From Bacillota bacterium (GTDB lineage: Bacteria; Bacillota; Sulfobacillia; Sulfobacillales; Sulfobacillaceae): 64,000 nucleotides of DNA. The stretch is from contig JAMCVM010000070.1 of the NCBI GenBank assembly GCA_023475835.1, forward strand, positions 2,603-66,602. Reading direction: 5' to 3'. The position numbers and the translations under genes were made by a program. Positions 1 through 10,772 of this stretch are shown piece by piece (within the stretch, counting starts at the first letter, position 1; every line of letters starts with the position of its first letter). Under the pieces are notes generated by a model. It was not told the origin of the DNA. It did not search any database and saw nothing but the letters and a program-made list of their open reading frames with translations.

Positions 1-509
1 AGGTCACACTTACAGACACAGGTCGTAGGCTTTCAATTATTGGGGTTTTAGTCTTAATCGACCGAAAAGTGCAGTAGAACGCCAAACCAAATCCTAGTGC
101 GGGATTTACTGAAGAGCTAGAGCCACCCATTTTTTCACCCATCAGTCCAAATTTGCTGACGCGGAGCATCCAAGGGTTTTCTGGGGCATTCCATGATTTT
201 TCAAGCGGTTTTTCGTACTGTTACTACCCAAACCTCGACATGGCCTCGCATCGGTTATGGGGGTTCCGCCAACCAAATGCGGCTCACCCACGCTAGAACA
301 GGAAAATAATGGCGATGCGTCTGGGATCGAAGAGATTCGCTAGGGACCTGGTGCATAAGTCCCAAAGCACCGGACCAAGAAACCTGAAACCCGCGTGGTT
401 GTGATCCCTGAAAGATGATTTTTCGGGTTTCGCACCAGGCTTCTAGGGACGGGCAATCCCCGGACAGTTCTAGAATCGAAGTCCCACCCAGCCTCTTTCC
501 CACGAACAC
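1..509 (-). pseudogene. Degraded rve (integrase-core) type transposase remnant, IS481/IS3-like, split over at least two frames
   Basis: ORF 255..509 reads ...IIFQGSQPRGF...LGLMHQVPSESLRSQTHRHYF, resembling the GSQ...RPQTNGK-ERF stretch of rve transposases. A second minus frame at 1..218 reads ...SSSSVNPALGFGLAF, resembling the C-terminal RPH.ALG..TP tail. No intact ORF is present. Confidence 0.3.
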
Positions 510-1327
510 TCACGCAAGAAAATCCTCGATATGCGGTATCGGCCCGTTCGTTTTAACCAAATAAAGGTATTTGTACCGGGGGGAATCCGCGTTTGGTTGG
601 CGGCACCCCAATTACGGTTACAACAGTGTGGCAAAGCGAATCTTTCTATTGGCCAACGGAAATCAGTTAGAAGGATACGTGAACGGGCTGTTAGTGGAGC
701 AGTGGCTAGACCAAAACAAGACGGAAAATCGGCATTTCTTACCGGTGACGCGGGGGTTGCTGCCTACAGCGCATCCGCGACCGTAACCTACGATTGCGTG
801 ATTACTATCGGATCGGACGCGGCCTCAGCCATTCAAAACCAGGGTGACTCTGTAACCAAGTACGCAAACTTTAGTAACTGGGAGTCGGCAACCGCCAACA
901 GTAACCCCGGATTCATTGCCGCCACTGGGTATACGGAAGTCCTTGGTGCAGTTAAGGCAGCAGTAGCCGCAGGATGGTACCTCGACTGACCAGCCGAAGT
1001 CATCTCCGTTGATCGATGGTGACTCCGGCTCCCGTTAAACTGAAGGTGCTATCTCAAACCCATAAACCTATCACTTACAGATACACAGAAGATGACGAGA
1101 AGGTTCACTTTGGATAAGGAATCGGTATTTTATGCTTCAGGGCTGGCTTGAGGCCGGGGTGGTTGACATCTCGTCTTACCGCGGTGCCGTCGCTCAATGT
1201 CGCCCTGGGCCAGTTGAAAATCCTCGAAGGGGCAAGAACGCGGCATCGGCTTCATCCCAGGACCCATTGGCATTTGACCCACGCCCTAAGAGACGCATGC
1301 GTCTTCAGGACGTGGGTCAGTGTGCAG

Positions 1328-1783
1328 CTAGATTTCCTCGTCGTCCATGACCAAACAATCTTCATCAGAATCGAACAGCACGTTTCCGCAATGCGGGCAG
1401 GTTAACTGAACCCCATCACGGTCAAACAGTTCGGAGTTGTAGAATGAGTCCAGTTCGCACTGAGGGCATTCTAATTCGACGTACTCCGCTTCGTCCTCTT
1501 CGTCCACCGCGAGATCTTCGAAGTCGTGATCTTCTTCATCTTCGTCGTCGTCCTCGGCGTCATCGTACACATCTTCTTCGAGTGTCATCAAGTCCGAGTC
1601 GACTTCTTCCAGATATTCCTCTAAGTCCAGCTGGTTGGCCGAGACCTCTTCGACATCCAAGGCCATCTCCCGCATGACTTCAACCATCTCGGTGAAAAGA
1701 CGGCTTTCACGACTCCCATCTTTCAACTGAGTTCGATCCGCAAGACTTTGAAGATGAGAGATTCTCCGGCGAAGATCTGCCAT
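1328..1783 (-). CDS. Acidic zinc-ribbon protein (resembles CD1247 N-terminal domain proteins), 151 aa
   Basis: GGAGGTG RBS lies 5 nt before the ATG at 1783. The product has a long D/E-rich centre and a C-terminal CPQC...CPHC pair. It is the last gene of the co-directional block after efp. Confidence 0.7.
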   Translation of the reverse strand: MADLRRRISHLQSLADRTQLKDGSRESRLFTEMVEVMREMALDVEEVSANQLDLEEYLEEVDSDLMTLEEDVYDDAEDDDEDEEDHDFEDLAVDEEDEAEYVELECPQCELDSFYNSELFDRDGVQLTCPHCGNVLFDSDEDCLVMDDEEI

Positions 1784-1894
1784 CGCTGCACCTCCTCTGG
1801 TCACCCTCGTACACGTGGGGGTCCATTGCCCCAGTGCTAGAGTTCCGCGGTGGGCTCGTCTTTATCCTGTCCGCGAGAGAAGGCGCGCCATCGT

Positions 1895-2452
1895 TTATGC
1901 CCGACCTAAGTACAGCCCAGTTCGGGTATCTACCACGATTTTTTCTCCGGTCTCGACAAACAATGGCACCTTGACGGTGGCTCCCGTCTCCAGTTTTGCC
2001 GGCTTAGTGCCTCCGGTGGCGGTGTCTCCCTTAAAGCCAGGGTCGGTTTCCACGATTTCCAGAGTGACACTGTTGGGTAACTCGACGCCGATGCTAGCGC
2101 CACGATACATCACCACATAACAGGTCATATTCTCCTTAAGAAACTTCACTCCGTCGCCGATGTCGGCAGCCTTTAAGGAAATTTGTTCGAACGTTTCGGA
2201 ATCCATGAACGTATAATCTTCGTCCATCATGTATAAATACTGCATCTCGCGCTTATCTACGCGCGCGATGGGAATGCGCTCGCCAGCGTTAAAAGTACGG
2301 TCAACCACTCCGCCATTCAAAATGTTTTTTAATTTCGTGCGCACGAACGGCGAGCCTTTCCCGGGCTTTACGTGTTGAAACTCGATTACTTGATACACTG
2401 AACCGTCGAGTTCCAGTGTGACCCCGTTTCGAAAGTCGTTTGATGAAATCAC
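1895..2452 (-). CDS. efp: Elongation factor P
   Basis: 185-aa product starting [10 protein letters not shown] with the [17 protein letters not shown] loop. The GTG at 2452 gives the canonical length; the track ORF extends to 2470. Confidence 0.95.
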   Translation of the reverse strand: MISSNDFRNGVTLELDGSVYQVIEFQHVKPGKGSPFVRTKLKNILNGGVVDRTFNAGERIPIARVDKREMQYLYMMDEDYTFMDSETFEQISLKAADIGDGVKFLKENMTCYVVMYRGASIGVELPNSVTLEIVETDPGFKGDTATGGTKPAKLETGATVKVPLFVETGEKIVVDTRTGLYLGRA

Positions 2453-2486
2453 GTCATCCCAACCTTTCACAATGTGCCAAGGCCTT

Positions 2487-3563
2487 TTATAGTACTCTCC
2501 AAGCCTTGTCTAACTTAGTCAAGCGGTCGCTGCCCTCCCGGGTGACGACGATGGTATCTTCCAAACGCACCCCAAAGCGCCCAGCCAGATAGATTCCTGG
2601 TTCCACGGTTAAGACCATCCCTTCTTCCAGGGTCCAATCATACGCCGGGCTTTTCGCTATCATCGGAGCCTCATGGACTTCCAGGCCCACGCCATGACCG
2701 GTAGAATGCCTAAAAAACGCGCCAAAGCCTGCCGTCTCGATGACCTCTCGAGCCACTTGGTCGACTTCGGACGCCAAGCGTCCAGGACGGACGCTGTCAA
2801 TAGCCAAGGACTGGGCCAAGCATACCACATCGAACACCGAACGTGCTTCCTCTGAAACCTCTCCCAGAGCCACGGTAATGGTCTCGTCAGAGTGGTAGCC
2901 AGCGACCGTGGCTCCGAAGTCTATGGTGATCAGGTCGCCGGATTGCACTCGGCGTCTGGTCGGTCGACCATGAGGTAATGAGGAGCGCGGCCCCGAAACC
3001 AAAATCGTAGCAAACGACAGCCCGTCAGACCCCAACTTGCGCATTTGCCATTCTAATTCGACGGCAATTTCGTGCTCTTCAACGCCAGGACGAATCTTCT
3101 TTAACGTCTGTTCGAGCGCCTCACTGCCGATATGCGCCGCTAATTCTAGATGTTTTAGCTCACTCGCGTCCTTTTTGATTCTGAGTTTTTCCACCTTCCC
3201 CGAAAGTCCCACCCAGGCGACATTAGGGACGGATGACCGGAGCCAATTCCACGCCTCTACGGTCACACGATCTTCTTCAAAGCCGATGGTTTGAAAGCCC
3301 CGGTCTGCAACCAAGGAAGAAATCGCTGGCCATAACGGCTCGCTCTGGCGCACCAAGGCAAGATCGGGCGCCTCGGTTTCGGCCTGTTCCCAATAGCGGG
3401 AATCCGTGATCAATTCGCCATGGCCATCGTGGACCACCAAGGCACCGGAAGAACCCGAAAATCCACTAAGATAACGCCGATTTTCGTCAGAAAAGATCAG
3501 CAGAGCCTCAACATCAGGGCAGTCCGCACTTAACTGCCGCAGGCGTTCCGCCGTGGTCTTCAT
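2487..3563 (-). CDS. Xaa-Pro aminopeptidase, M24 family
   Basis: 358 aa with pita-bread metal-ligand motifs [30 protein letters not shown] and LEDT. It sits in the classic Firmicutes aroQ-peptidase-efp neighbourhood. Confidence 0.9.
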   Translation of the reverse strand: MKTTAERLRQLSADCPDVEALLIFSDENRRYLSGFSGSSGALVVHDGHGELITDSRYWEQAETEAPDLALVRQSEPLWPAISSLVADRGFQTIGFEEDRVTVEAWNWLRSSVPNVAWVGLSGKVEKLRIKKDASELKHLELAAHIGSEALEQTLKKIRPGVEEHEIAVELEWQMRKLGSDGLSFATILVSGPRSSLPHGRPTRRRVQSGDLITIDFGATVAGYHSDETITVALGEVSEEARSVFDVVCLAQSLAIDSVRPGRLASEVDQVAREVIETAGFGAFFRHSTGHGVGLEVHEAPMIAKSPAYDWTLEEGMVLTVEPGIYLAGRFGVRLEDTIVVTREGSDRLTKLDKAWRVL

Positions 3564-4000
3564 GGTGCCTCCAGTCGATCCAACAGGGCTTGGACAGCCA
3601 AGCGGTACCCGGCCGGTCCAAAGCCGACGATTTGACCGGTCACCACCGGAGAAATCAGCGATGTTGAACGAAAAGATTCTCGGGCATGGACGTTGCTAAG
3701 ATGAACCTCGACCATGCTCACACCCAGGGCCTTCAAACAATCGCGCAGGGCATAGCTTTGATGAGCCAGCGCTCCGGGATTGATGACCAGGCCAACCATC
3801 CCCCGATCCGCTAAGGTTTCGATGTAGTCTAACAGCGCTCCTTCATGGTTGGATTGAAAATATTCCAATTCCACCTCAGGAAAGTCCAAAACTAATCGCT
3901 GCCAAATTTCTTCCCAACTACGGTTGCCATAGATGGCAGGCTCTCTTCTGCCCAATCGTCCCAAATTCGGACCGTTAACCACTGCAATGACAGGTTTCAT
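3560..4000 (-). CDS. aroQ: 3-dehydroquinate dehydratase, type II
   Basis: 146 aa with NGPNLGRLGRREPAIYG and HLSNVHARE signatures. There is a 4-nt stop/start overlap with the peptidase gene. Confidence 0.95.
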   Translation of the reverse strand: MKPVIAVVNGPNLGRLGRREPAIYGNRSWEEIWQRLVLDFPEVELEYFQSNHEGALLDYIETLADRGMVGLVINPGALAHQSYALRDCLKALGVSMVEVHLSNVHARESFRSTSLISPVVTGQIVGFGPAGYRLAVQALLDRLEAP

Positions 4001-4003
4001 CGG

Positions 4004-5251
4004 CTAAATTCCTGGAAGTGGGAACTCGCGGGCTAAGGCCTCAATTCGCTGCAAATAGGCTGACGGATCGAACCCGTTTGGCGCAAGCAGTACTGCGCTG
4101 ACGACCTCGGCTAGTTCGGTCATCTGCTCCTTGCCTAATCCCCGGGTAGTCACTTGAGGTGTGCCGAGACGGATTCCAGACGCCACCGTGGGTTTTTCGG
4201 TTTCAAAAGGAATAGTGTTCTTGTTCACTGTAATGCCAACCGACGACAAGCGTTCTTGGGCGACCTTGCCCGTAAGCCCACTGTGCTTGACGTCGATTAA
4301 CAACAAGTGGTTGTCTGTTCCCCCGGAAACCAATCTCAATCCGCGACCAATCAATTCTTCCGCCAATACCCGGGCGTTGTCCACTACCTGAGCCTGATAG
4401 GCACGAAAATTCAGCGTCAAAGCTTCGGAAAAAGCCACCGCTTTGCCAGCGATAATGTTCATCAACGGGCCCCCTTGAAGCCCGGGGAACACCGACTTGT
4501 CCAGCTTCGGGCCCCAATCAGCGCCACTTAAGATAAATCCGCCACGTGGGCCCCGCAATGTTTTGTGCGTCGTTGAGGTAACAAAATCTGCAAACCCTAC
4601 CGGCGTCGGGTGCAGATCGGCCGCCACCAAGCCGGCGATGTGCGCCATATCTACCATGACCAGAGCGCCCACTTCTTGGGCAATCTGATAAAATGCTGGG
4701 AAGTCGATGACTCGGGGGTAGGCCGAAGCCCCGACCACAATCATATGGGGCTGAAATTCTTTGGCTAAATGGCGCACGGTCTCCATGTCGATCCGTTCGC
4801 TTTCCCGCTCTACCCCGTAATGACGGACCTCGTAGAATTTTCCTGACAAATTGGCCGGGCTGCCATGGGTCAAGTGGCCGCCATGACTCAAGTCCATACC
4901 TAAAATTCGATCCCCGTGCTTTAGTGCTGCAAAATAGACCGCGGTATTGGCTGATGCCCCGGAATGCGGTTGCACATTCACATACTCGGCATGAAAAATT
5001 TCCTTAAGGCGTTGTTGAGCTAAACTTTCGACCACATCCATATACTCGCAACCGCCGTAATAGCGACGGCCGGGGTAGCCTTCCGCATATTTATCAGTCA
5101 TCACCGAGCCTACGGCTTGCCTTACTGCCAGTGAAGTCCAGTTCTCCGAGGCAATGAGTTCCAGGTGCCCCTGCTGGCGCGCTTCTTCCTGCCGGATGGC
5201 TTCGTAAACCGCCGGGTCGACCGTTTTGACCGCGTTGAGTTGATCATCCAT
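4004..5251 (-). CDS. glyA: Serine hydroxymethyltransferase
   Basis: [10 protein letters not shown]-terminus and [17 protein letters not shown]-lysine motif. The ATG at 5251 (or GTG at 5254) follows GAGGAG; the track ORF extends to 5296. Confidence 0.95.
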   Translation of the reverse strand: MDDQLNAVKTVDPAVYEAIRQEEARQQGHLELIASENWTSLAVRQAVGSVMTDKYAEGYPGRRYYGGCEYMDVVESLAQQRLKEIFHAEYVNVQPHSGASANTAVYFAALKHGDRILGMDLSHGGHLTHGSPANLSGKFYEVRHYGVERESERIDMETVRHLAKEFQPHMIVVGASAYPRVIDFPAFYQIAQEVGALVMVDMAHIAGLVAADLHPTPVGFADFVTSTTHKTLRGPRGGFILSGADWGPKLDKSVFPGLQGGPLMNIIAGKAVAFSEALTLNFRAYQAQVVDNARVLAEELIGRGLRLVSGGTDNHLLLIDVKHSGLTGKVAQERLSSVGITVNKNTIPFETEKPTVASGIRLGTPQVTTRGLGKEQMTELAEVVSAVLLAPNGFDPSAYLQRIEALAREFPLPGI

Positions 5252-5336
5252 CACGTTATCTTCTCCTCGTAAACCAAAGTGTATCAAGCCGTTCAAATCA
5301 TGGTCGGTCGACGCGCCCGCTGAGCGTCTCGCCTAG

Positions 5337-6815
5337 TCAATCCGCCGACAACTCGCCGTTGGCCGAAGGCGCGTACACGAGCTTAGGTCGACGAGCCGCC
5401 TGGGTTTCATTGAGCCGACTGACGACAGTCGCATGAGGAGCGTTCACCACGAGACTGGCATTGGCATCAATCTCGTCGTCAATTTGGCATAATGCTTGAG
5501 CAAACTGTTCCAACGTTTCCTTTGATTCGGTCTCTGTAGGTTCAATCATCATCGCCTCATCGACCACTAAGGGAAAGTAAATCGTCGGAGGATAAAACCC
5601 ATAATCAATCAAACGTTTAGCCACATCCAAAGCACGAGCGCCGCGCCGTTTCTGTCGAGTCAGGCTGAGCACAAACTCATGCTTGACTGATCCAGAATAC
5701 GGCATGTCGTAGTGCGACTGCAAGAGGTGCCCGAGGTAGTTGGCATTGAGGACAGAGGTTTCGGCAATCGCAGTCAGGCCTTCTCCACCTTGGCTCAAAA
5801 GATACGCATAAGCGCGCAGTAGGACGCCTACGTTGCCGTAATAAGATCGTACCTTGCCGATCGATCGCGGGCCACGGTCCTGCCAGACCCAACCTGCCGG
5901 GCCCTCCGCTAGTCGCGGTGTCGGCAAATAGGATGCTAGCTTTTCTTTCACTCCAACCGGCCCCGCCCCGGGGCCGCCCCCTCCGTGCGGGGTGGAGAAG
6001 GTTTTGTGAAGATTAAGATGCACCACGTCAAAGCCCATATCCCCCGGGCGAACCTTGCCCAAAATGGCGTTAGCGTTGGCCCCATCATAATACAACAAGC
6101 CGCCGGCGCGGTGGACAACGTCTGCGATTTCTAAAATATCACTCTCAAAAATACCGAGTGTGTTGGGGTTGGTCAACATCAACCCAGCGACATTTCCATC
6201 CACCAACTGCTTTAAGGCCCCTAGGTCCACCTGTCCACGTGGATCCGAGGGTACGACCTTGACGGTAAATCCAGCCATCGCTGCGGTCGCAGGATTGGTC
6301 CCGTGGGCCGAGTCAGGGACTAAGACTACCTGGCGGTCCGCCTCGCCGTGATCCTTTAAGTAAGCGCGAATGACCAAGATCCCCGTTAATTCACCGTGAG
6401 CGCCCGCCGCCGGCTGCAGACTCATCGCATCCATTCCGGTAATCTGTTTCAGCCAAACCTCTAGATCGGCTAGAACCGACAGCAGACCTTGTACAGTGCT
6501 TAGCGGCTGCAAGGGATGCAGACGTTCAAACCCAGGCAAACTGGCAACCCAATCGTTGACTTTCGGGTTATATTTCATGGTACAAGAACCCAAGGGATAA
6601 AAGCCGGTATCGACCCCATAATTTAGCTGCGAAAGCGCCGTGTAGTGCCGCACGACGTCCAGTTCGGAGACTTCCGGCAACAGCGGATCGGTGCGGCGCA
6701 GCAACGAACTGGGAAGCAAGTCCCCAACCTCTATTGATGGCACGTCGGATTCTGGAATCATGAGCCCTATTCGACCGGGCTGAGACTTTTCAAAGATCAC
6801 TGGGACTCGATCCAT
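5337..6815 (-). CDS. gcvPB: Glycine dehydrogenase (aminomethyl-transferring) subunit 2
   Basis: NLHKTFSTPHGGGGPG PLP-lysine motif. The ATG at 6815 is preceded by GGAGGAGGTG and overlaps the gcvPA stop. Confidence 0.95.
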   Translation of the reverse strand: MDRVPVIFEKSQPGRIGLMIPESDVPSIEVGDLLPSSLLRRTDPLLPEVSELDVVRHYTALSQLNYGVDTGFYPLGSCTMKYNPKVNDWVASLPGFERLHPLQPLSTVQGLLSVLADLEVWLKQITGMDAMSLQPAAGAHGELTGILVIRAYLKDHGEADRQVVLVPDSAHGTNPATAAMAGFTVKVVPSDPRGQVDLGALKQLVDGNVAGLMLTNPNTLGIFESDILEIADVVHRAGGLLYYDGANANAILGKVRPGDMGFDVVHLNLHKTFSTPHGGGGPGAGPVGVKEKLASYLPTPRLAEGPAGWVWQDRGPRSIGKVRSYYGNVGVLLRAYAYLLSQGGEGLTAIAETSVLNANYLGHLLQSHYDMPYSGSVKHEFVLSLTRQKRRGARALDVAKRLIDYGFYPPTIYFPLVVDEAMMIEPTETESKETLEQFAQALCQIDDEIDANASLVVNAPHATVVSRLNETQAARRPKLVYAPSANGELSAD

Positions 6816-8122
6816 GCGTTCACCTCCTCCACCAAGGCGTCGAGTTCTTGCCGAGTTCGTAGTTCGGTGACGGCCAACTGCCAATAATGTTCCCAGTCCG
6901 GATCCCAACGGCCGAGATCCGCCCCACCCAAGATTCCCCGTTCCAAGAGCCAGTGATTGAGTTGAGCCACCGACCCCGGCACCTTCACCGCAAACTCGAA
7001 CAGCACCGGCTCTTCCTTGACCGGATGAACCCCAATCGTTTTAAGACGGTTTCGCAAATAGTGGGCTTTGTTCAGCGACAGCTGGGCGATGCCTCTTAAT
7101 CCGCTGGGCCCCAGCAGAGACAAATAGATGGTCGCCTTCAAAGCATTCAAGGAGTGATTAGAGCAGACATTGGAAGTGGCCTTGTCCCGCCGAATGTGCT
7201 GTTCGCGAGCTTGTAAGGTTAAGACAAACCCGCGGCGACCTTGATGGTCCGTCGTCTCGCCGACCAACCGTCCGGGCAGGCGACGCACCAACCGTTTGGT
7301 GACCGCAAAAAATCCAAACCCCGGTCCGCCATAGTTTAGTCCGTTGCCCAACGCTTGACCCTCGCCGATGACAATGTCTGCACCGAGTTCGCCGGGCGAG
7401 CGCAGCAAGGCGAGCGCAATCGGATCGGCGTAGCAAACCGCCAAGGCTCCGTGGTTCTTCGCTTGGGACACCGCTCTGGGAAAGCCCATCACCCCGCCCA
7501 AAATGTCGGGATAGGGCCAAATCACGGCGGCGGCTTGAGACAAATCAGGATGCTCTGTAGCAACATCTTGGATGACGTCAGCGATGCCGCCGCGCGCTTC
7601 AATATAGGTGCGGACCACTTCTCGCACTTCCGGGTGCAATGTTTTGGCCATCCCCACCATCTTTCTCCCGGTTTCCGCCATGGCCAGCAGAGCTGCTTCC
7701 GCCGCCGCCGAGGCCCCATCGTAAAGGGATGCCTGGGCCGCGTCCATTCCGGTTAACGAGGCGATCATGGTCTGAAACTCAAAAATCGCGGCCAGGGTCC
7801 CTTGCGACAATTCCGGCTGATAGGGTGTATAGGCAGTGGAAAACTCTCCCCGTGCAGCCAATTGGGCAACCACGCTGGGAATGAAGCGATCATAAAACCC
7901 AGAGCCTAAAAATGAGACCAGTTGGTCTAGTGACTGGTTCTCCTGAGCCCGCTTGAGCATGCGTTGCTGCAATTGCCATTCGCTCAGGGCCTTAGGCAAG
8001 CCTAACGCGTCGGGGCTTCTGGCGCTTAGGGGAATATCGGCAAACAAATCATCGATTTCCGCTAAGCCAAGAGAACTTAACATGCTCTCGCGCTCCGCCT
8101 GAGTATGGGGCAGGTACGCCAT
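6797..8122 (-). CDS. gcvPA: Glycine dehydrogenase (aminomethyl-transferring) subunit 1
   Basis: 441 aa with a typical P-protein N-terminal half. It lies between gcvH and gcvPB. Confidence 0.95.
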   Translation of the reverse strand: MAYLPHTQAERESMLSSLGLAEIDDLFADIPLSARSPDALGLPKALSEWQLQQRMLKRAQENQSLDQLVSFLGSGFYDRFIPSVVAQLAARGEFSTAYTPYQPELSQGTLAAIFEFQTMIASLTGMDAAQASLYDGASAAAEAALLAMAETGRKMVGMAKTLHPEVREVVRTYIEARGGIADVIQDVATEHPDLSQAAAVIWPYPDILGGVMGFPRAVSQAKNHGALAVCYADPIALALLRSPGELGADIVIGEGQALGNGLNYGGPGFGFFAVTKRLVRRLPGRLVGETTDHQGRRGFVLTLQAREQHIRRDKATSNVCSNHSLNALKATIYLSLLGPSGLRGIAQLSLNKAHYLRNRLKTIGVHPVKEEPVLFEFAVKVPGSVAQLNHWLLERGILGGADLGRWDPDWEHYWQLAVTELRTRQELDALVEEVNAWIESQ

Positions 8123-8124
8123 GC

Positions 8125-8496
8125 CTATTGATCGCCTCCGGTCTTTAGGCGATACAAATCGGCCGACAACAGCTCATCCCCACCTGAACGCTCGCTTAAC
8201 TGAACGATCCATCCGGACCCGTAGGGATCTTGGTTAACCCAATCGGGGTGCTCGGCTAAATCCTGGTTCACCGCCGCCACCACCCCGTTCATCGGACTAT
8301 AGAGGTCGGAGACGGATTTCACTGACTCCACCGCCCCGAAAGATTGGCCCCGCTTCAGCGTCTGCCCTATCTCGGGCAATTCCACAAACACCACATCGCC
8401 CAGGGCGTCTTGGGCATAATCAGTAATCCCTACGCGGCCTTGGCTGTCGATCCATTCGTGTTCCAGTGTGTACTGGCGGTCATCAGGCACATTCAT
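8125..8496 (-). CDS. gcvH: Glycine cleavage system H protein
   Basis: 123 aa from the ATG at 8496 (RBS AAAGGGGAG). Lipoyl-lysine motif ESVKSVSDLYSP is present. Confidence 0.95.
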   Translation of the reverse strand: MNVPDDRQYTLEHEWIDSQGRVGITDYAQDALGDVVFVELPEIGQTLKRGQSFGAVESVKSVSDLYSPMNGVVAAVNQDLAEHPDWVNQDPYGSGWIVQLSERSGGDELLSADLYRLKTGGDQ

Positions 8497-8572
8497 GGTG
8501 CGCTCCCCTTTCGCTGATAGCATCCTGACTTCAAGCCAGGGCTGAAGGCTTTGCCGCGAATCCTGTCGACGC

Positions 8573-9661
8573 TTACCGTGCTGAACGGTTTCGCTGATAA
8601 AATGGAGTGGCCGCAACTCGGGCCGGCACCCGGCGCCCGCGGATAACCAGTTCCAGCGGAGTTCCGACCGTGTGAAACTTCATCGGAACCAATGCTAGCG
8701 CCACCGCCTTTTTAAGCGTAGGCGAAAAACTTCCCGAAGTCACCACTCCGATGGTCTGATCACCGTCGACCACGGAAAACCCGGACCGAGCCACCCCTGG
8801 GGCAGTAAGCTCCAGGCCGACAATTGTTGAAGCCAGACCGACCTCACGCTGACGACGAAGGGCCTCTTGACCGACGAAATGTTCGGACTGCTCCAAATCG
8901 ACAAATCGGGCCAATCCGGCCTCAAGCGGCGAAATAGACCGCGATAGTTCATGTCCATAAAGCGGAAGGCGAGCTTCGAGACGCAATGTGTCACGAGCGC
9001 CGAGGCCAATCGGAGGAATCCCTTGACGATAGAGTTGTTCCCAGAGCCCCTCGGCATCGTGAGCGCTGGCATAAATTTCAAAGCCATCTTCTCCGGTATA
9101 GCCGGTCCGCGAAATCATGACGGTCGTGTTGGCGACCCGGACCTCATTAAAAAAACGAAAGGGTTTCAACTTTAAGACTTCGTTCCCTGCCAACGGCCCC
9201 AAAATCTCGGACGCCTTGGGTCCCTGCACGGCGATCAATGCAGTCTCGTCGCTTCGGTCGATGAGTTCCACCCCGTCAGTCGGCAACCGATCGCGAATCC
9301 AGGCCCAGTCGCCTGCGCGATTGGCGGCGTTCACGACTAGCCAAAACTCCGACGTACCGCGACGATAGACTAACAAATCGTCCACGGTTCCTGCATCGGG
9401 TGCGCACAAAAAGGTGTATAAGGCCTGACCCGGTTGGAGGCGACTCGGCGCCTTGGTCACCAGTCGGTCCAAGAAATCAGGGGCTTTAGGGCCTTGGACA
9501 AGAAATTCTCCCATATGGGACACATCAAACATGCCCACGGATTCTCGCACCAACCGATGTTCTTCCAGGATCCCCTGATACTCGATAGGCATCTCGTAAC
9601 CGCCAAACGTTGTCATCTTTGCGCCGTGTCGACGATGCCACGAGGTGAGCGGTGTTTGCAC
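8573..9661 (-). CDS. gcvT: Glycine cleavage aminomethyltransferase (T protein)
   Basis: 362 aa with N-terminus TPLTSWHRRHGAKMTTFGGYEMPIEY. GTG start with AAGGGAGG RBS, located 16 nt after the aroB stop. Confidence 0.95.
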   Translation of the reverse strand: MQTPLTSWHRRHGAKMTTFGGYEMPIEYQGILEEHRLVRESVGMFDVSHMGEFLVQGPKAPDFLDRLVTKAPSRLQPGQALYTFLCAPDAGTVDDLLVYRRGTSEFWLVVNAANRAGDWAWIRDRLPTDGVELIDRSDETALIAVQGPKASEILGPLAGNEVLKLKPFRFFNEVRVANTTVMISRTGYTGEDGFEIYASAHDAEGLWEQLYRQGIPPIGLGARDTLRLEARLPLYGHELSRSISPLEAGLARFVDLEQSEHFVGQEALRRQREVGLASTIVGLELTAPGVARSGFSVVDGDQTIGVVTSGSFSPTLKKAVALALVPMKFHTVGTPLELVIRGRRVPARVAATPFYQRNRSAR

Positions 9662-9677
9662 ATCAGACCTCCCTTGG

Positions 9678-10772
9678 TCAACTCTCGGATAATGCCCCTA
9701 GAGCCTCTTCAATTAAGTTCTTGGGCACGTCTCGGACCACTTTAGGGTTTCCCGGTGATTGCAAAAGCACCCAGCACAAACCAGAGACTCGCGCCTTTTT
9801 GTCTCGCAGCAGCACCGGTTCCAGTGCCGCATAATCCAGGTGCGGCAGGACGGTGGGCAATCCCCAGGCTTTGAGCCACTCGGTCACCAGGGCGCGTATC
9901 GTGGGATCCAGGCCCAACTGTTTTTCCGATAAATAGAGCGCATACAAAGAGCCCACCCCAACGGCTTGGCCATGCGACCATTGGCCATAGCCGGTCATTT
10001 GCTCGAGAGCGTGAGCCAACGTATGACCAAAATTCAGAAAGATACGATCCCCGGTCTCTTCTAAGTCACGGTTTACCACGTCCACTTTGATCTTCGCCGT
10101 AGTCTTAATGACCCATCGCCAGTGCTCATCCACCTGACCCAGAGGAGGAATGCCAGCAACCAGTGACTGCCAAAGCGGCCCTCCTTCGATTAATGCCGAC
10201 TTGACCACCTCGCCGAGACCGGTTCGCCATCCTTCTATGGGCAGTGTCTGCAACGCCCAGGGATTAATGTAGACCAACTGGGGCAAATGAAAGGCTCCAA
10301 TTAAATTCTTCCCTTCCCTGAGATTGACCGCCACTTTGCCGCCAATGGCGGCGTCTACTTGAGCCAACAGGGTGGTGGGCACTGCAACCCAGTCAATTCC
10401 GCGCAAAAAGGAGGCGGCAGCATATCCAGCAAAATCGCTTAGAACCCCGCCGCCAATGGCGAGAAGCCAACTATCACGGGTCACACCGTCTGCAATCATT
10501 TGAGAATAAAGCGGCTCCAGACGGTCCATCCGCTTCATCGACTCGTCGACCTCAAGCCCATGCAGACCTAAAAGACGAACACCTTGATCGCCCAAATGCG
10601 CGCTGACCTGAGTGGCAATCGCTTCCACCTGACGGTCATAAACCATCCAAACCGCCTTCATCCGAGGTCCGATGACGCTCGTCAAGTCCTGCCAATTTGG
10701 CCCCCCAAATCGTACTTCACTGAGACTTTCCTGCCGCCGCTCAATGTTCAGACGGTCGGATTGAACTTCCAA
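9678..10772 (-). CDS. aroB: 3-dehydroquinate synthase
   Basis: GGGVLSDFAGYAAASFLRGIDWVAVPTTLLAQVDAAIGGKVAVN core. The TTG at 10772 behind GGGGGAG gives 364 aa; the track ORF extends to 10877 through the aroK 3' end. Confidence 0.9.
   Translation of the reverse strand: MEVQSDRLNIERRQESLSEVRFGGPNWQDLTSVIGPRMKAVWMVYDRQVEAIATQVSAHLGDQGVRLLGLHGLEVDESMKRMDRLEPLYSQMIADGVTRDSWLLAIGGGVLSDFAGYAAASFLRGIDWVAVPTTLLAQVDAAIGGKVAVNLREGKNLIGAFHLPQLVYINPWALQTLPIEGWRTGLGEVVKSALIEGGPLWQSLVAGIPPLGQVDEHWRWVIKTTAKIKVDVVNRDLEETGDRIFLNFGHTLAHALEQMTGYGQWSHGQAVGVGSLYALYLSEKQLGLDPTIRALVTEWLKAWGLPTVLPHLDYAALEPVLLRDKKARVSGLCWVLLQSPGNPKVVRDVPKNLIEEALGALSES

Noticed and set aside
1271-1320. Long imperfect hairpin GACCCACG...AGACGCATGCGTCT...CGTGGGTC after the acidic Zn-ribbon gene as a terminator
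   Set aside because: The stem is strong, but no U-tract follows on either strand, so I did not list it as a terminator. It may still act as a transcript-end structure.
9662-9677. Expected glycine riboswitch upstream of gcvT
   Set aside because: Only 16 nt separate the aroB stop from the gcvT start, and they are occupied by the RBS. No GGAGAG...ACCGAAGG-type aptamer sequence is present nearby.
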